A DNA stretch of 64,000 bases from assembly GCA_030429235.1 (NCBI GenBank), contig JAUIDB010000010.1, positions 13,334 through 77,333 on the forward strand, read 5' to 3'. Both the position numbers and the translations under genes were made by a program. This stretch comes from Thermoanaerobaculia bacterium. Its GTDB lineage: Bacteria > Acidobacteriota > Thermoanaerobaculia > Multivoradales > JAIOJS01. How positions within the stretch are numbered: position 1 is the first letter of the stretch; the number at the start of each line of letters is the position of its first letter. Positions 45,591 through 55,449 of the stretch are shown piece by piece. Under the pieces are notes generated by a model that saw nothing but the letters and a program-made list of their open reading frames with translations, was not told the DNA's origin and searched no databases.

Positions 45591-46274
45591 ATGCCCGGAT
45601 ATGGCCAGTTCTGTCCAGTGGCGAAGGCGTCGGAGGTCCTCGCCGAGCGTTGGACTCCGCTCGTCGTCCGCGAACTGCTGTCGGGGAGCCACCGCTTCAA
45701 CGAACTGCAGCGAGGCGTCCCGCTGATGTCGCGTTCCTTGCTCTCCAAGCGCTTGAAGGAACTCGAACGGGCGGGAGTGGTCGAGCGCCGGAAGCTGGCC
45801 GGTCAGGGCACCCACGAGTACTACCTCACACCGGCGGGAGAGGAACTCCGCCCGATCATCGAGGGCCTGGGAGTGTGGGGCCAGCGTTGGGTACGCCAGG
45901 CGGTCGAACCGGAGGATCTCGATCCCGCGCTCCTGATGTGGGACATTCGGCGCCGAGTGCTCTGTGACGAGATCGAGGGCCGTCGCGTCGTCACCCGGTT
46001 CGACTTCCTCGGCGTACCGGCCGCGAAACGGCGTTGGTGGCTGGTCGTCAGTGGCGACGGCTGCGATCTCTGTCTCACGGATCCCGGATTCGAAGTGCAG
46101 CTCTTCCTCGAGGTCGGGATTCAGCCGCTGACCCACTACTGGCTGGGTCGGATCGAGTGGCGCCAACTGGTGGCGACCGACGGTTTTGCCCTCGAGGGGC
46201 CGACCTGGGCGCGACGTTCGTTGCCAAAGTGGTTGGGCCGCAGCAGCACCGCCCCCTACGCTCGTCACGACTAA
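45591..46274 (+). CDS. HxlR-family (winged-helix) transcriptional regulator with a C-terminal extension.
   Basis: CPVAKASEVLAERWTPLVVRELLSGSHRFNELQRGVPLMSRSLLSKRLKELERAGVVERR. It is divergent from the FAD oxidase gene. Confidence 0.8.
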   Translation: MPGYGQFCPVAKASEVLAERWTPLVVRELLSGSHRFNELQRGVPLMSRSLLSKRLKELERAGVVERRKLAGQGTHEYYLTPAGEELRPIIEGLGVWGQRWVRQAVEPEDLDPALLMWDIRRRVLCDEIEGRRVVTRFDFLGVPAAKRRWWLVVSGDGCDLCLTDPGFEVQLFLEVGIQPLTHYWLGRIEWRQLVATDGFALEGPTWARRSLPKWLGRSSTAPYARHD

Positions 46275-46385
46275 ACCTGGGCGATCCCCATAGAGTGGCC
46301 CCGGGAATGGTGGGTTGCGGGGAGCATGTTCATGCGCTTTCGTTGCCTGGGAGCGAGCGGCCATCATGGGGCGAGAGGAGGTCCC

Positions 46386-47627
46386 ATGCACCGAGCACTT
46401 GTTCTCTCCGGAGCGTTCCTGGTTTCGTCGTTCCAGCCCATCTGCGCCGACAGCTACGTCGTCGATACCGAGGCCGACGTCATGGCGACCGGCTGCTCGG
46501 ACATCGTGGTAGGCGACTGTAGCCTGCGCGGTGCGATCCAAAGGGCGAACCAGAATCCCGGGCTCGACGTGATCACCTTCGGCTTCGGGGTGGCCGACGT
46601 TGCGCTGGGAATCGTCGGTTCCTACGAGGATGACAATCAGCAGGGCGATCTGGACATCCTGGAGGAGGTAGTGATCAACGGCGGCGACGTGGTGACGATC
46701 GACGGCAGTCTGATCGGTGATCGAGTGTTCGACGTGATGACCAGCACGACCGTCGAACCGACGATCCTTCAGGGGCTCACAGTGACGGGCGGAGCGGCGC
46801 CGTCGGGAGACTCTCTCTTCGACGGTGGCGGCGTCCGCTGTGACTCTTCTCGGCTCCACCTCGAAGCCGTGGTGCTCGCCGGCAACGGTCCGGTCCGCAA
46901 TGGGGGAGGAGTGTTTGCCCTGTCGTGCGACCTCTCGGTCGTCACTTCCACCCTCGACCACAACACGGCGACCGGTCTGGGAGGTGGACTGCACTTCGAG
47001 TCCGGATCGGATCTTTCGATAGCCCACGTCGCCTTCGTGGCCAACGTCGCCAGCTCGGGGGGTGGGTTGCAAGTGCACTCGGCGAGCGCCACCGTCGAGA
47101 ACACGACCTTCAGCGGCAACGACGCCGACAACGATGGGAGTGCGTTGCAAGTTGCGTTCGGCGAGTTGGAACTGGGCTTCGTGACCGTGGTCGGAGGGAC
47201 CGGCAACAACACTCTGTCCAACGCCGCGTCGGTGGTTTCGACCGTGGCCAACTCGGTGATCGTCGGTACCTGTCAGGGGACCTTCACGACCGAGGGTGGC
47301 AATCTCGAAGCGCCCGGCGACACCTGCGGACTCGACCCTCTCGTCGACCAGTTCTCCGTCGCCGATGCCCTCCTGCAGCCGCTGGGCTTCTACGGGGGGC
47401 GGACGCCCTCCCATGCTCCGCGCTGGGACAGTCCCGCGGTTGACGATCCTCTCGGCGTCATCGCCGACTGTCCCACGGTCGATCAGCGCCTCCAGCCTCG
47501 ACCCGTCGATGGCAACGGGGATAGCATCGTCGGGTGTGATGCCGGCGCCGTCGAAGCGGACGAACTGATCTTCGCCGACGGATTCGAGTCGGGCGACACC
47601 CTCGCCTGGGGGGTTGCCAGCCAGTAG
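46386..47627 (+). CDS. Secreted parallel beta-helix protein with an N-terminal CSLREA-type motif and the C-terminal FADGFESGDTLAW tail.
   Basis: GAGGAGG RBS. Signal peptide. CSLRGAIQRAN. GGG.. beta-helix rungs. The last 20 aa are LIFADGFESGDTLAWGVASQ. Confidence 0.75.
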   Translation: MHRALVLSGAFLVSSFQPICADSYVVDTEADVMATGCSDIVVGDCSLRGAIQRANQNPGLDVITFGFGVADVALGIVGSYEDDNQQGDLDILEEVVINGGDVVTIDGSLIGDRVFDVMTSTTVEPTILQGLTVTGGAAPSGDSLFDGGGVRCDSSRLHLEAVVLAGNGPVRNGGGVFALSCDLSVVTSTLDHNTATGLGGGLHFESGSDLSIAHVAFVANVASSGGGLQVHSASATVENTTFSGNDADNDGSALQVAFGELELGFVTVVGGTGNNTLSNAASVVSTVANSVIVGTCQGTFTTEGGNLEAPGDTCGLDPLVDQFSVADALLQPLGFYGGRTPSHAPRWDSPAVDDPLGVIADCPTVDQRLQPRPVDGNGDSIVGCDAGAVEADELIFADGFESGDTLAWGVASQ

Positions 47628-47634
47628 GAACGTG

Positions 47635-47826
47635 ATGAAGAAGCGAAGGCCCCACGCCCGCGAGCTCCACCGCCGCCGCTACCAGCCTCAGACGGTACCG
47701 GACCGCCGGTCGGAGCATCTGGAAGAGGCGGCCCGCGACGAGATCGAGGAGGCCCTCGAAGAGGTCGCCAAAGATCGTCCGTCCGAGCCGTCGAACCCGA
47801 CGGTCGAAGACGATCAGCCGGGTTGA
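47635..47826 (+). CDS. Possible small, highly charged protein (63 aa).
   Basis: AGGAA 4 nt upstream of the ATG. MKKRRPHARELHRRRYQ... then an acidic tail. It could be non-coding. Confidence 0.2.
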   Translation: MKKRRPHARELHRRRYQPQTVPDRRSEHLEEAARDEIEEALEEVAKDRPSEPSNPTVEDDQPG

Positions 47827-47891
47827 TGCCGGAGGCCCGGCCCCTCTCCTAGGTCACGAAAACGCCAGCGGTTCGCTACAATCGGCACACC

Positions 47892-50132
47892 ATGACCAGC
47901 GGACCAGTCACGGTGGAGACGTTCATCCATATGATGAGCCTCGCCTGGAAGCAGCTCTGGGTCTACCCCGAGGGGCATCCGGCACGGGCGGGAGCGGTGG
48001 GGCGTGCCTTCGCGCAGCTTCGTCTGCTCGTCGCGCCGACGGGGGAACTCGCTCTCGGCATCGATCGCGATGCCCTGGTCTGCGGCGGGGACCGGTTGAC
48101 CGACACCAACGCGCAGCAGGTGGCGGGACAGCTCTTTCGACGCAATGTCGCGGTGGTTCGGTTCCTCGAAGGGGTGGCTCCCGAGGACCTCGAGACCTGG
48201 CTGGCGCTGCTGCACCCGGATCCGTTGAAGAAGCACACCCAGAGGCTCTGGGACGAGGCGGCTCAGGCCGGAGTACAGCAGATCGAGATGGAGCCGGTCG
48301 ACTTTTCCGGCGTGGAAGCGACCGAGGACCTCGAGGCCGAGGTGGAGGAGGGCGAGTCGCCGGTCCAGGGCAACCTGTGGAACCGAATCCTCGCACGGTT
48401 GCTCGAGTCTGGCGCCAAGGGGGGTCCGAGGAAGGCGCGCAGCGGCGGTGGCGGCGGACTGTCCGAGGTCGTGCAGCTGTTGAAGGACTTGATCACGGAG
48501 GGAGAGGGGGAGGCGTCCGAGGGCGACCTGATCGGGGCTCCGGGAGCCTCCGATGGGGAGACGGTCGCCAAGCAGCGCAAGCGTCGAATGCACCATCTGG
48601 CCGAGCACCTCGCTTCGGCTGTGACCGGTCATCTCACCGAAGCGGGTACCGGCGAGCGTCCGGCCGAGGCGGACCTGCGGCAGGTGGCGGAACTGGTCAA
48701 GGCACTGCCCGCGGCGATGCGGCCCCAAGTCCTCGACGCGGCGGTGCGGCGGGTGGCGGGAGCCGAGGACGCCCGGGGTCTGGAACTGATGGCAGCCTCC
48801 AGTTCGGCGGCGGCCGTCGTCGGTTCGTTGCGCCGGTTGCGGGGAGAGGACTTCAGCTTCTCGGAACACGCGCTGTCGATCGTCGATGCCCTGGCCTGGA
48901 AGGAGGCGGGTGGTCTCGAACGCGAACAAGAGCTCTCCGAGGCCCAGCTGCAACATCGAGCCCACGATCTGAAGCGTTTCTTCGCGGCCGAGGACATCGA
49001 CTCCGTGGCCGGGGGAGGAGGGACCAACTCGCTGCTGTTGGAGCTACCGCCCGAGGTCGAGCCGCTGTCCGAGCTACCCCTCGAGATCGAGAACGATCTC
49101 CGCTCGTTGTCGGATCAGCACCAGTCTCGAGCCCTCTCGATGACGCTGCTCGAGTTGATCGCGCGCGCCCGGGAGCCGGAGGCGGCGGACCCCATGATCG
49201 AGCGGTTGGAGACGGTCTTCGCGACCCTCGTCACGGAAGGGCAGCTGACTTCGGCGACCCGAATCGTCGAGGTGCTGCGCGAGATCTCGACCCGTCAGGA
49301 AGAGACCGAGGCGGCGCGCGGGGCCGCCGTTCGTGGGCTGCGGCGCCTGTCGGGGCCGGCGGGGACCACGGCCATGGTGGACTACGTGGCGCGCGTTACC
49401 CACGAGGGATACGAGCGTCCCCAGAAACTGGTCGATGCCTTCGACGGCGCAATGCTCAAGTCGTTGCTGCAAGCGCTGTCGGAGGAGGAGGACATGACGC
49501 GGCGCAAGCGGCTGCTCGGCTTCCTGACCGCTCTGGGAAGCGAGGTAGCAGGCCTGGCTACCACCGCCCTGCAGGACTCGCGCTGGTTCGTGGTGCGCAA
49601 CATGCTGGGTCTACTCCGCGACGTCGGAGGGCCCGAAGCGGTGCCGGCGGTCCGCAAGGCAGCAGGGCACGAAAACCCGAAGGTGCGGCTCGAAGCGATC
49701 AAGACCCTCGCCCAGTTGGACGACGAGCCGCCACGAGACCTGATCGAGCAGCTCCTGGCGGACTCCGATGCCCAGGTGGCGGAACTGGCCACCACGACCC
49801 TGGCGGGCCGGGCCGGAGCCGGGGTCGACAGCCTGGTGGCTCTCCTGCAGAAGAAGGACCCTCTCGGGCGCGGCCGGGCTCAGCGGCTCAAGGCGTTCCG
49901 GACCCTCGGCACGGTGGGCGACCCACGCGCCCTCAAGCCCCTCAAGCGCTACTTCAACCAGTTCTTCGTCTTCGACCACATCAGCGAACGGAGGGCGGCG
50001 TTCGCTTCGCTGGCGGGGTACGAAGCGGAGGCGAGGAAACCCTGGCTCAAGAAGGGACGCAAGTCCAAGGACCCCGAGATCCAAGCGGTCTGTAGCCGCC
50101 TGTGGTCTGAAGATCAGGCGGGAGCGAACTGA
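47892..50132 (+). CDS. HEAT-repeat protein whose N-terminal ~110 aa are paralogous to the N-domain of the downstream HD-GYP protein.
   Basis: PBS-lyase/HEAT repeats in the C-terminal half (PKVRLEAIKTLAQL, DAQVAELATTTLA, DPRALKPLKRY). N-terminal WKQLWVYPEGHPARAGAVGRAFAQL aligns with SARSMYPVTHPKFEEARDRLLGAL of the next gene. A 1-nt TGATG overlap. Confidence 0.75.
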   Translation: MTSGPVTVETFIHMMSLAWKQLWVYPEGHPARAGAVGRAFAQLRLLVAPTGELALGIDRDALVCGGDRLTDTNAQQVAGQLFRRNVAVVRFLEGVAPEDLETWLALLHPDPLKKHTQRLWDEAAQAGVQQIEMEPVDFSGVEATEDLEAEVEEGESPVQGNLWNRILARLLESGAKGGPRKARSGGGGGLSEVVQLLKDLITEGEGEASEGDLIGAPGASDGETVAKQRKRRMHHLAEHLASAVTGHLTEAGTGERPAEADLRQVAELVKALPAAMRPQVLDAAVRRVAGAEDARGLELMAASSSAAAVVGSLRRLRGEDFSFSEHALSIVDALAWKEAGGLEREQELSEAQLQHRAHDLKRFFAAEDIDSVAGGGGTNSLLLELPPEVEPLSELPLEIENDLRSLSDQHQSRALSMTLLELIARAREPEAADPMIERLETVFATLVTEGQLTSATRIVEVLREISTRQEETEAARGAAVRGLRRLSGPAGTTAMVDYVARVTHEGYERPQKLVDAFDGAMLKSLLQALSEEEDMTRRKRLLGFLTALGSEVAGLATTALQDSRWFVVRNMLGLLRDVGGPEAVPAVRKAAGHENPKVRLEAIKTLAQLDDEPPRDLIEQLLADSDAQVAELATTTLAGRAGAGVDSLVALLQKKDPLGRGRAQRLKAFRTLGTVGDPRALKPLKRYFNQFFVFDHISERRAAFASLAGYEAEARKPWLKKGRKSKDPEIQAVCSRLWSEDQAGAN

Positions 50133-51277
50133 TGTCGCGAGGTCTCAACGAGGTGATCTTCTCGGCCACTACCGCGATCAGCGCGCGCTCGATGTACCCG
50201 GTGACCCATCCCAAGTTCGAGGAGGCTCGGGATCGTCTGCTGGGAGCGCTCGAACACGCGATGAAGGAGCGCAAGGCCGACGAGATGACCTTCCTGGTGG
50301 TCGGCGAGGACCTGGTCGAGGGCGACCGGCCGATTCGGCAATCGACCCTCTACATCGAGAGTTTTCTGCGCGCTCTGAAGCGTCACGGAGTCGAGCGGGT
50401 CACCTTTGCGCGCGGGATCACGGTCGAAGAGCTGGCGGGGTTTCTCGCCGGGATGAGTGGTGCCGGCGATCTGCAGACCACGACCCACCTGGTACTCGGT
50501 AAAGTTCGTCTCGAACTCGACTCGGTGGGTGAGGGAGGCGACGGCGAAGGCGAAGGGGAGGAGGGCGATGCCGGGGACCGGGGGCCGGGTCAGGTTCGCG
50601 GATTCTCGGAGCGAGATCTCGACGTGGCCCGAGGGAGTTTCGTGGGGTTCCGGACCGACCGTCAGGGCAGCATCAGGGCGCTGGATTCCGTGATGTGGCA
50701 TCTGATGGAGGGGATGGGCCGAGCGAGTCGCAACCTGCTGCTGTTGGCGCCGCTGAAGGGTGTGGACGACCGGGCCTTCGTGCACGCCATCAACGTCTCC
50801 CTTCTGGTGCTGATGCAGGGCCGATCGTTGGGAATCGGTGGCCAGCCGCTGCATGATCTGGGGATGGCGGCGTTGCTGCACGACATCGGCAAGCTCAGCT
50901 TGCCGCCGGCGATCGTGCAGAAGAAGGAGCCGCTGGACGAGAAGGAGGCAGCGATGCTCCGCCAGCATCCGGAACTGGGAGCGGTGCATCTGAGCGGGGT
51001 TCCGGGTACCTCGACCCTCGCCGTCTTGGTGGCCTACGAACACCATCTTCGTTGGGACGGCAAACCGAGCTATCCGGTCCTGCGGACGCCGCGGCGGCCC
51101 GGCCTCGCTTCGCAGCTGACGGCGGTGGCTGACACCTACGACCTGGCGCACAGCCGCTACGGCAACCCGCGAGGAGCCGCCCGAGCCCGGGCGCTGCAAG
51201 CGGTTGCAGCGCGGTCTGGAACCTTCTTGAATCCCGCTTTGGTACAGAACTTCAGCCGCCTGCTGGCAGCCGACTGA
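50132..51277 (+). CDS. HD-GYP domain c-di-GMP phosphodiesterase with an N-terminal DUF3391-like domain.
   Basis: LHDIGK, HPELG and YEHHLRWDGKPSYP (the HD...GYP signature). Confidence 0.85.
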   Translation: MSRGLNEVIFSATTAISARSMYPVTHPKFEEARDRLLGALEHAMKERKADEMTFLVVGEDLVEGDRPIRQSTLYIESFLRALKRHGVERVTFARGITVEELAGFLAGMSGAGDLQTTTHLVLGKVRLELDSVGEGGDGEGEGEEGDAGDRGPGQVRGFSERDLDVARGSFVGFRTDRQGSIRALDSVMWHLMEGMGRASRNLLLLAPLKGVDDRAFVHAINVSLLVLMQGRSLGIGGQPLHDLGMAALLHDIGKLSLPPAIVQKKEPLDEKEAAMLRQHPELGAVHLSGVPGTSTLAVLVAYEHHLRWDGKPSYPVLRTPRRPGLASQLTAVADTYDLAHSRYGNPRGAARARALQAVAARSGTFLNPALVQNFSRLLAAD

Positions 51278-51325
51278 CCGCCGGTCCGCCGTCTCCACGG
51301 CGCGAGCGGGAACCGTGGGCGGGAT

Positions 51326-51334
51326 TGGTATAGT
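51326..51334 (+). promoter_or_regulatory. Extended -10 (TGgTATAGT) sigma70-type promoter candidate for the gene at 51424.
   Basis: TGnTATAGT about 90 nt upstream of the ATG. No strong -35. Confidence 0.25.
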
Positions 51335-51423
51335 CAGCGCTCATTACGACCCCGTGCTCATGGCGGTCGCCCGGATCTGGCGGTGGCCTCGGTGAGTGAC
51401 GATCTCGCTGGAAAGGGAACTCC

Positions 51424-54400
51424 ATGCCGCCACGTTTCTCCACCCTCCATCGGTCCGTCGCCGTTCCCGGTGCGGTCGCCTTGCTCGTTACCTGGCTCAT
51501 CCTCCTACTCGCGGCCCAGGCCGCGCTCGCCACAACCGCTCGCAAGGGGAAGAAGGCGAAAGCCGAAGCCGAAGCGGAGGAGGAAGAGTGGTCGGTCGAC
51601 GCCCCGCCGTACCCGACCTTCGAGGTGGCCATCGACGTCGAGGAGGGTACCTGGATGTCGCTCGATGTCAGTCCCGAAGGCGACGAGATCGTGTTCGATC
51701 TGCTCGGCGATCTCTACACGCTGCCCATCACCGGCGGGGAGGCCACCCGTATCAGTCAAGGGATCTCCTGGGACATGCATCCGACCTACAGCCCCGATGG
51801 CCAGCGCATCGCGTTCACCAGCGATCGGGCGGGGGGAGACAACATCTGGGTGATCGACCGCGACGGGAGCGATCCAGTGCAGGTGTCCGACGAGAGCTTC
51901 CGACTGCTGAACAGCCCGGCCTGGAGCCCCGACGGCGAGTACATCGCGGCTCACAAGCACTTCACGTCGCAGCGGTCGCTCGGAGCCGGTGAGATCTGGC
52001 TCTACCATCGGAGCGGATCCGGCGGGTTGCAGATGACCGAGCGACGGAACGACCAGAAGGACCTCGGCGAACCCGCCTTCTCGCCCGATGGGCGGTATCT
52101 CTACTACTCCCACGACGCCACGCCGGGCGACACCTTCGAGTACAGCAAGGACTCGAACGGTCAGATCTACGCAATCTACCGCATGGACCGCGAGACGGGG
52201 CGCGTCGAGTCCCTGGTTTCCGGGGCGGGCGGAGCGGTACGACCGACCCCCTCGCCGGACGGCAGGCTGCTGGCGTTCGTGCGCCGGGTCGACTTCGTGA
52301 GCACCCTCTTTCTCAAGGACCTCGAGTCGGGTCAGGAGTGGCCGCTCTATTCACCCCTCGAACGAGACATGCAGGAGACCTGGGCCATCCACGGGGTGTA
52401 TCCCTCGATGGCTTGGACCCCGGACAGCCAGGAGATCGTGTTCTGGGCCAAGGGCAAGATCCATCGGCTGGACGTCGAGACCCAGGAGTACCACGAGATC
52501 CCCTTCCACGTGGCGGACTCGAGGCAGGTGGCGCAGGCACGACGGCGGCCCATCGAGGTCCACCCCGAGGCCACCGACGTGAGGATGTTGCGGTGGCTGA
52601 CCGCCTCACCGACCGGCGACCGCGTCGTCTACCAGGCCCTGGGATACCTCTGGGTCCAGGAACTTCCGAACGGCGAGCCTCAACGGCTTACGGCCCAGGA
52701 AGCGCACTGGGAGTACTACCCGGCCTTCTCGCGCGATGGGAAGTGGATCGCCTACACCACCTGGTCGGACGACGAACTGGGGACGGTGCGGATTGTCGCC
52801 GCCAGCGGCGGGGAAAGCCAGGTGGTCAGCGACCGCCCGGGACACTACGTCGAACCCGAGTTCTCGCCCAGCGGGGAAGCGCTGATCTTTCGCCGAACCA
52901 GCGGCGGCTACCTGCGAACTCCGACCTGGTCGCAAGACGAGGGGATCTACCGGATCGAGTTGGGGATGTTCGGAGAGTCGGGACCGGCGGAGTTGGTAAC
53001 TCGCGACGGTTGGCAGGCGCACTTCGGCGCCGAGGAGGACCGGATTTACCTGCTGCGCGCCTCCGGAGCCGACAGCCGAGACCTGGTCTCGGTCGATCTG
53101 TCGGGCGAAGACGAACGGACCCACGCTAGCGGCGGGTTCGTGAGCGAGTACCGGGTGTCTCCCGACAGCCTTTGGGTGGCGTGGCGAGAGCACTATCAGG
53201 CCTACCTGGCCGCCATGCCCCGGATCGGACGATCGATCAGCGTCGCCCCTGGGGCCAAGGCGATGCCCACGGCTTCACTGAGCAAGAACGCGGGGGAGCA
53301 CCTCCACTGGTCGGCTGACGGGGAGACCGTCTACTGGTCCCTGGGATCGCAGCTCTTCGATCGCTCGCGGTCGGAGCTCTTCGCCTTTGCTCCCGGTGCC
53401 CCGGACGAGTTGCCAGAACCCCCCGAGACGGGGCGGGACTTCGGGTTCGAGGTGCCGAGCGACGTGCCCACGGGGACCGTAGCCTTCATCGGCGGCAAGG
53501 TCATCACCATGCGGGGAGACGAGATCCTGGACCCCGGAACCGTGGTCGTGGAGGGCAACCGGATCCTGGCCGTCGGTCCGAGCGACGAGGTCGAGGTGCC
53601 GGCTGACGCCCACGAGGTCGATGCCACGGGGAAGGTCCTGATGCCGGGGCTGGTCGACGTGCACTGGCATGGTGCCTTCGCCAGCGAAGAGATCGTGCCC
53701 CAGCAGAACTGGGCGACGTATGCCAGCCTGGCGTTCGGAGTCACCACGGTCCATGACCCGTCGAACGACACCTCCGAGGTGTTCGCCGCCGCCGAGCTCC
53801 AGCGCAGCGGAGCGATCACCGCCCCCCGGATCTTCTCGACCGGGGTGATCATCTACGGGGCGAAGGCGTCGGTTCATGCTCCGATCGATAGCCTGGACGA
53901 CGCCCGTCGCCACCTGAAGCGACTGGCGGCCGCCGGTGCGTTCAGTGTCAAGAGCTACAACCAACCGCGGCGGGATCAGCGGCAGCAGGTGATCGAAGCG
54001 TCGCGGGAACTCGGCATGCTGGTGGTGCCCGAGGGCGGTTCGACCTTCATGCACAACCTCACGATGATCATCGACGGTCATACCGGCATCGAGCACTCCG
54101 TACCGGTCGCGGCAATCTACGACGACGTCGCGCAGCTATGGAGTGCTACCGAGACCGGCTACACCCCAACTCTCGGGGTCGGATACGGCGGGATCTGGGG
54201 CGAACGCTACTGGTACCAGCACACCGAGGTGTGGAAGAACGAGCGGCTGCTGAACTTCGTACCCCGGCGCCTGATCGATCCCGTGGCGCGGCGACGGATG
54301 ATGGCGCCCGAGAAGGAGTACAACCACTTCAACAACGCGCGGGTGGCAGCCCAGCTCCAGGATCTCGGAGTTCCGGTGGCGGTGGGAGCCCACGGTCAGC

Positions 54401-54774
54401 GGGAAGGGCTGGCGGCGCATTGGGAGATCTGGATGTTCGAACAGGGAGGAATGACGCCCCACGAAGCCCTGCGCGCAGGGACTCTCGACGGCGCCCGCTA
54501 CCTGGGGATGGACCACGAGATCGGCTCGCTGGAGGCGGGAAAACTCGCCGATCTGCTGGTGCTCGCCGCCGACCCGCTCGCCGACCTCCGCAACAGCGAG
54601 TCGGTCGAGTCGGTGATGGTCAACGGCCGGCTCTACGATGCCATGACCATGGAGCAGATCGGCAACCACCCGAGTCCGGCCCCGAGCTTCTTCTTCTCCT
54701 CCGAACCCGCGTCGGGGATGCACTGCGCGGGAGCGGCCTGCGCGGGGCCGAGTCACGCTCGCTGCGAACACTGA
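51424..54774 (+). CDS. Large periplasmic TolB-like (PD40/WD40-like beta-propeller) protein fused to a C-terminal amidohydrolase domain.
   Basis: Signal peptide. Repeated SPDG..IAF/YSPDG propeller motifs. C-terminal GLVDVHWHG...metal-binding amidohydrolase motifs. 1116 aa. Confidence 0.9.
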   Translation: MPPRFSTLHRSVAVPGAVALLVTWLILLLAAQAALATTARKGKKAKAEAEAEEEEWSVDAPPYPTFEVAIDVEEGTWMSLDVSPEGDEIVFDLLGDLYTLPITGGEATRISQGISWDMHPTYSPDGQRIAFTSDRAGGDNIWVIDRDGSDPVQVSDESFRLLNSPAWSPDGEYIAAHKHFTSQRSLGAGEIWLYHRSGSGGLQMTERRNDQKDLGEPAFSPDGRYLYYSHDATPGDTFEYSKDSNGQIYAIYRMDRETGRVESLVSGAGGAVRPTPSPDGRLLAFVRRVDFVSTLFLKDLESGQEWPLYSPLERDMQETWAIHGVYPSMAWTPDSQEIVFWAKGKIHRLDVETQEYHEIPFHVADSRQVAQARRRPIEVHPEATDVRMLRWLTASPTGDRVVYQALGYLWVQELPNGEPQRLTAQEAHWEYYPAFSRDGKWIAYTTWSDDELGTVRIVAASGGESQVVSDRPGHYVEPEFSPSGEALIFRRTSGGYLRTPTWSQDEGIYRIELGMFGESGPAELVTRDGWQAHFGAEEDRIYLLRASGADSRDLVSVDLSGEDERTHASGGFVSEYRVSPDSLWVAWREHYQAYLAAMPRIGRSISVAPGAKAMPTASLSKNAGEHLHWSADGETVYWSLGSQLFDRSRSELFAFAPGAPDELPEPPETGRDFGFEVPSDVPTGTVAFIGGKVITMRGDEILDPGTVVVEGNRILAVGPSDEVEVPADAHEVDATGKVLMPGLVDVHWHGAFASEEIVPQQNWATYASLAFGVTTVHDPSNDTSEVFAAAELQRSGAITAPRIFSTGVIIYGAKASVHAPIDSLDDARRHLKRLAAAGAFSVKSYNQPRRDQRQQVIEASRELGMLVVPEGGSTFMHNLTMIIDGHTGIEHSVPVAAIYDDVAQLWSATETGYTPTLGVGYGGIWGERYWYQHTEVWKNERLLNFVPRRLIDPVARRRMMAPEKEYNHFNNARVAAQLQDLGVPVAVGAHGQREGLAAHWEIWMFEQGGMTPHEALRAGTLDGARYLGMDHEIGSLEAGKLADLLVLAADPLADLRNSESVESVMVNGRLYDAMTMEQIGNHPSPAPSFFFSSEPASGMHCAGAACAGPSHARCEH

Positions 54775-54782
54775 AACTCGAG

Positions 54783-54809
54783 GGAACCTCGGCCCGCGGG
54801 TCTGCGTTC
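54783..54809 (+). promoter_or_regulatory. ECF-sigma-type promoter GGAAC-N17-CGTTC upstream of the ECF sigma gene (putative autoregulation).
   Basis: gGGAACctcggcccgcgggtctgCGTTCt, about 50 nt upstream of the ATG at 54862. Confidence 0.4.
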
Positions 54810-54861
54810 TTTGAGATAGGGCCACTTCGGAGGCCGCCGATCGACAAGGACACGACACGCT

Positions 54862-55449
54862 TTGGATGACCTGACACTCGTAGAACGTTGCCGACTCGGC
54901 GACGACATCGCCTGGGAGGCACTCGTGCGGCGCTATCAGCACCGGGTGTTCGGGGTCGCCTTGCACTATCTACGGAATCGAGAGGATGCCCAGGACGCAG
55001 CCCAGGAGATCTTCGTCAAGGTCTACCGCGGGCTGGGGAAACTGGAGCCGGGGCGCGCCTTTCTGCCCTGGTTGCTGCGCGTCGCCCGCAACGGTTGCAT
55101 CGACCGCATTCGACGGCGCAAGGTCCGAACCCCCGAGATCGAAGTGCCAGTCGAAGATTGCTACGACCTGTCGGCCGACGATCCCACTCCCGAGGACCGT
55201 TCACTACTCAGCGGGCGGCAGGCTCTGCTGTACCAGGCGTTGGGCCAGATCAGCGACAACCATCGAGAGCTGATCCTGCTCAAGGAGATCCAGGAGATGG
55301 AGATTCGTGAGATCGCGGATCTGCTCGACCTGCCGCTGGGAACGGTCAAGTCCCGTTCCAACCGCGCCCGGCTGGAACTCGCACGGGCGGTGCGCTCGCT
55401 CGAAACGGGCCAGGCACGCAACCCGGCGGTACAGGAGGTGGCACCATGA
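54862..55449 (+). CDS. ECF sigma-70 factor.
   Basis: Region 2 (HRVFGVALHYLRNREDAQDAAQEIFVKVYRG) and region 4 (IADLLDLPLGTVKSRSNRARLEL). Confidence 0.85.
   Translation: MDDLTLVERCRLGDDIAWEALVRRYQHRVFGVALHYLRNREDAQDAAQEIFVKVYRGLGKLEPGRAFLPWLLRVARNGCIDRIRRRKVRTPEIEVPVEDCYDLSADDPTPEDRSLLSGRQALLYQALGQISDNHRELILLKEIQEMEIREIADLLDLPLGTVKSRSNRARLELARAVRSLETGQARNPAVQEVAP

Noticed and set aside
48377-50095. 572-aa alternative-frame ORF within the HEAT-repeat gene
   Set aside because: Arg/Gly/Pro-rich junk frame.
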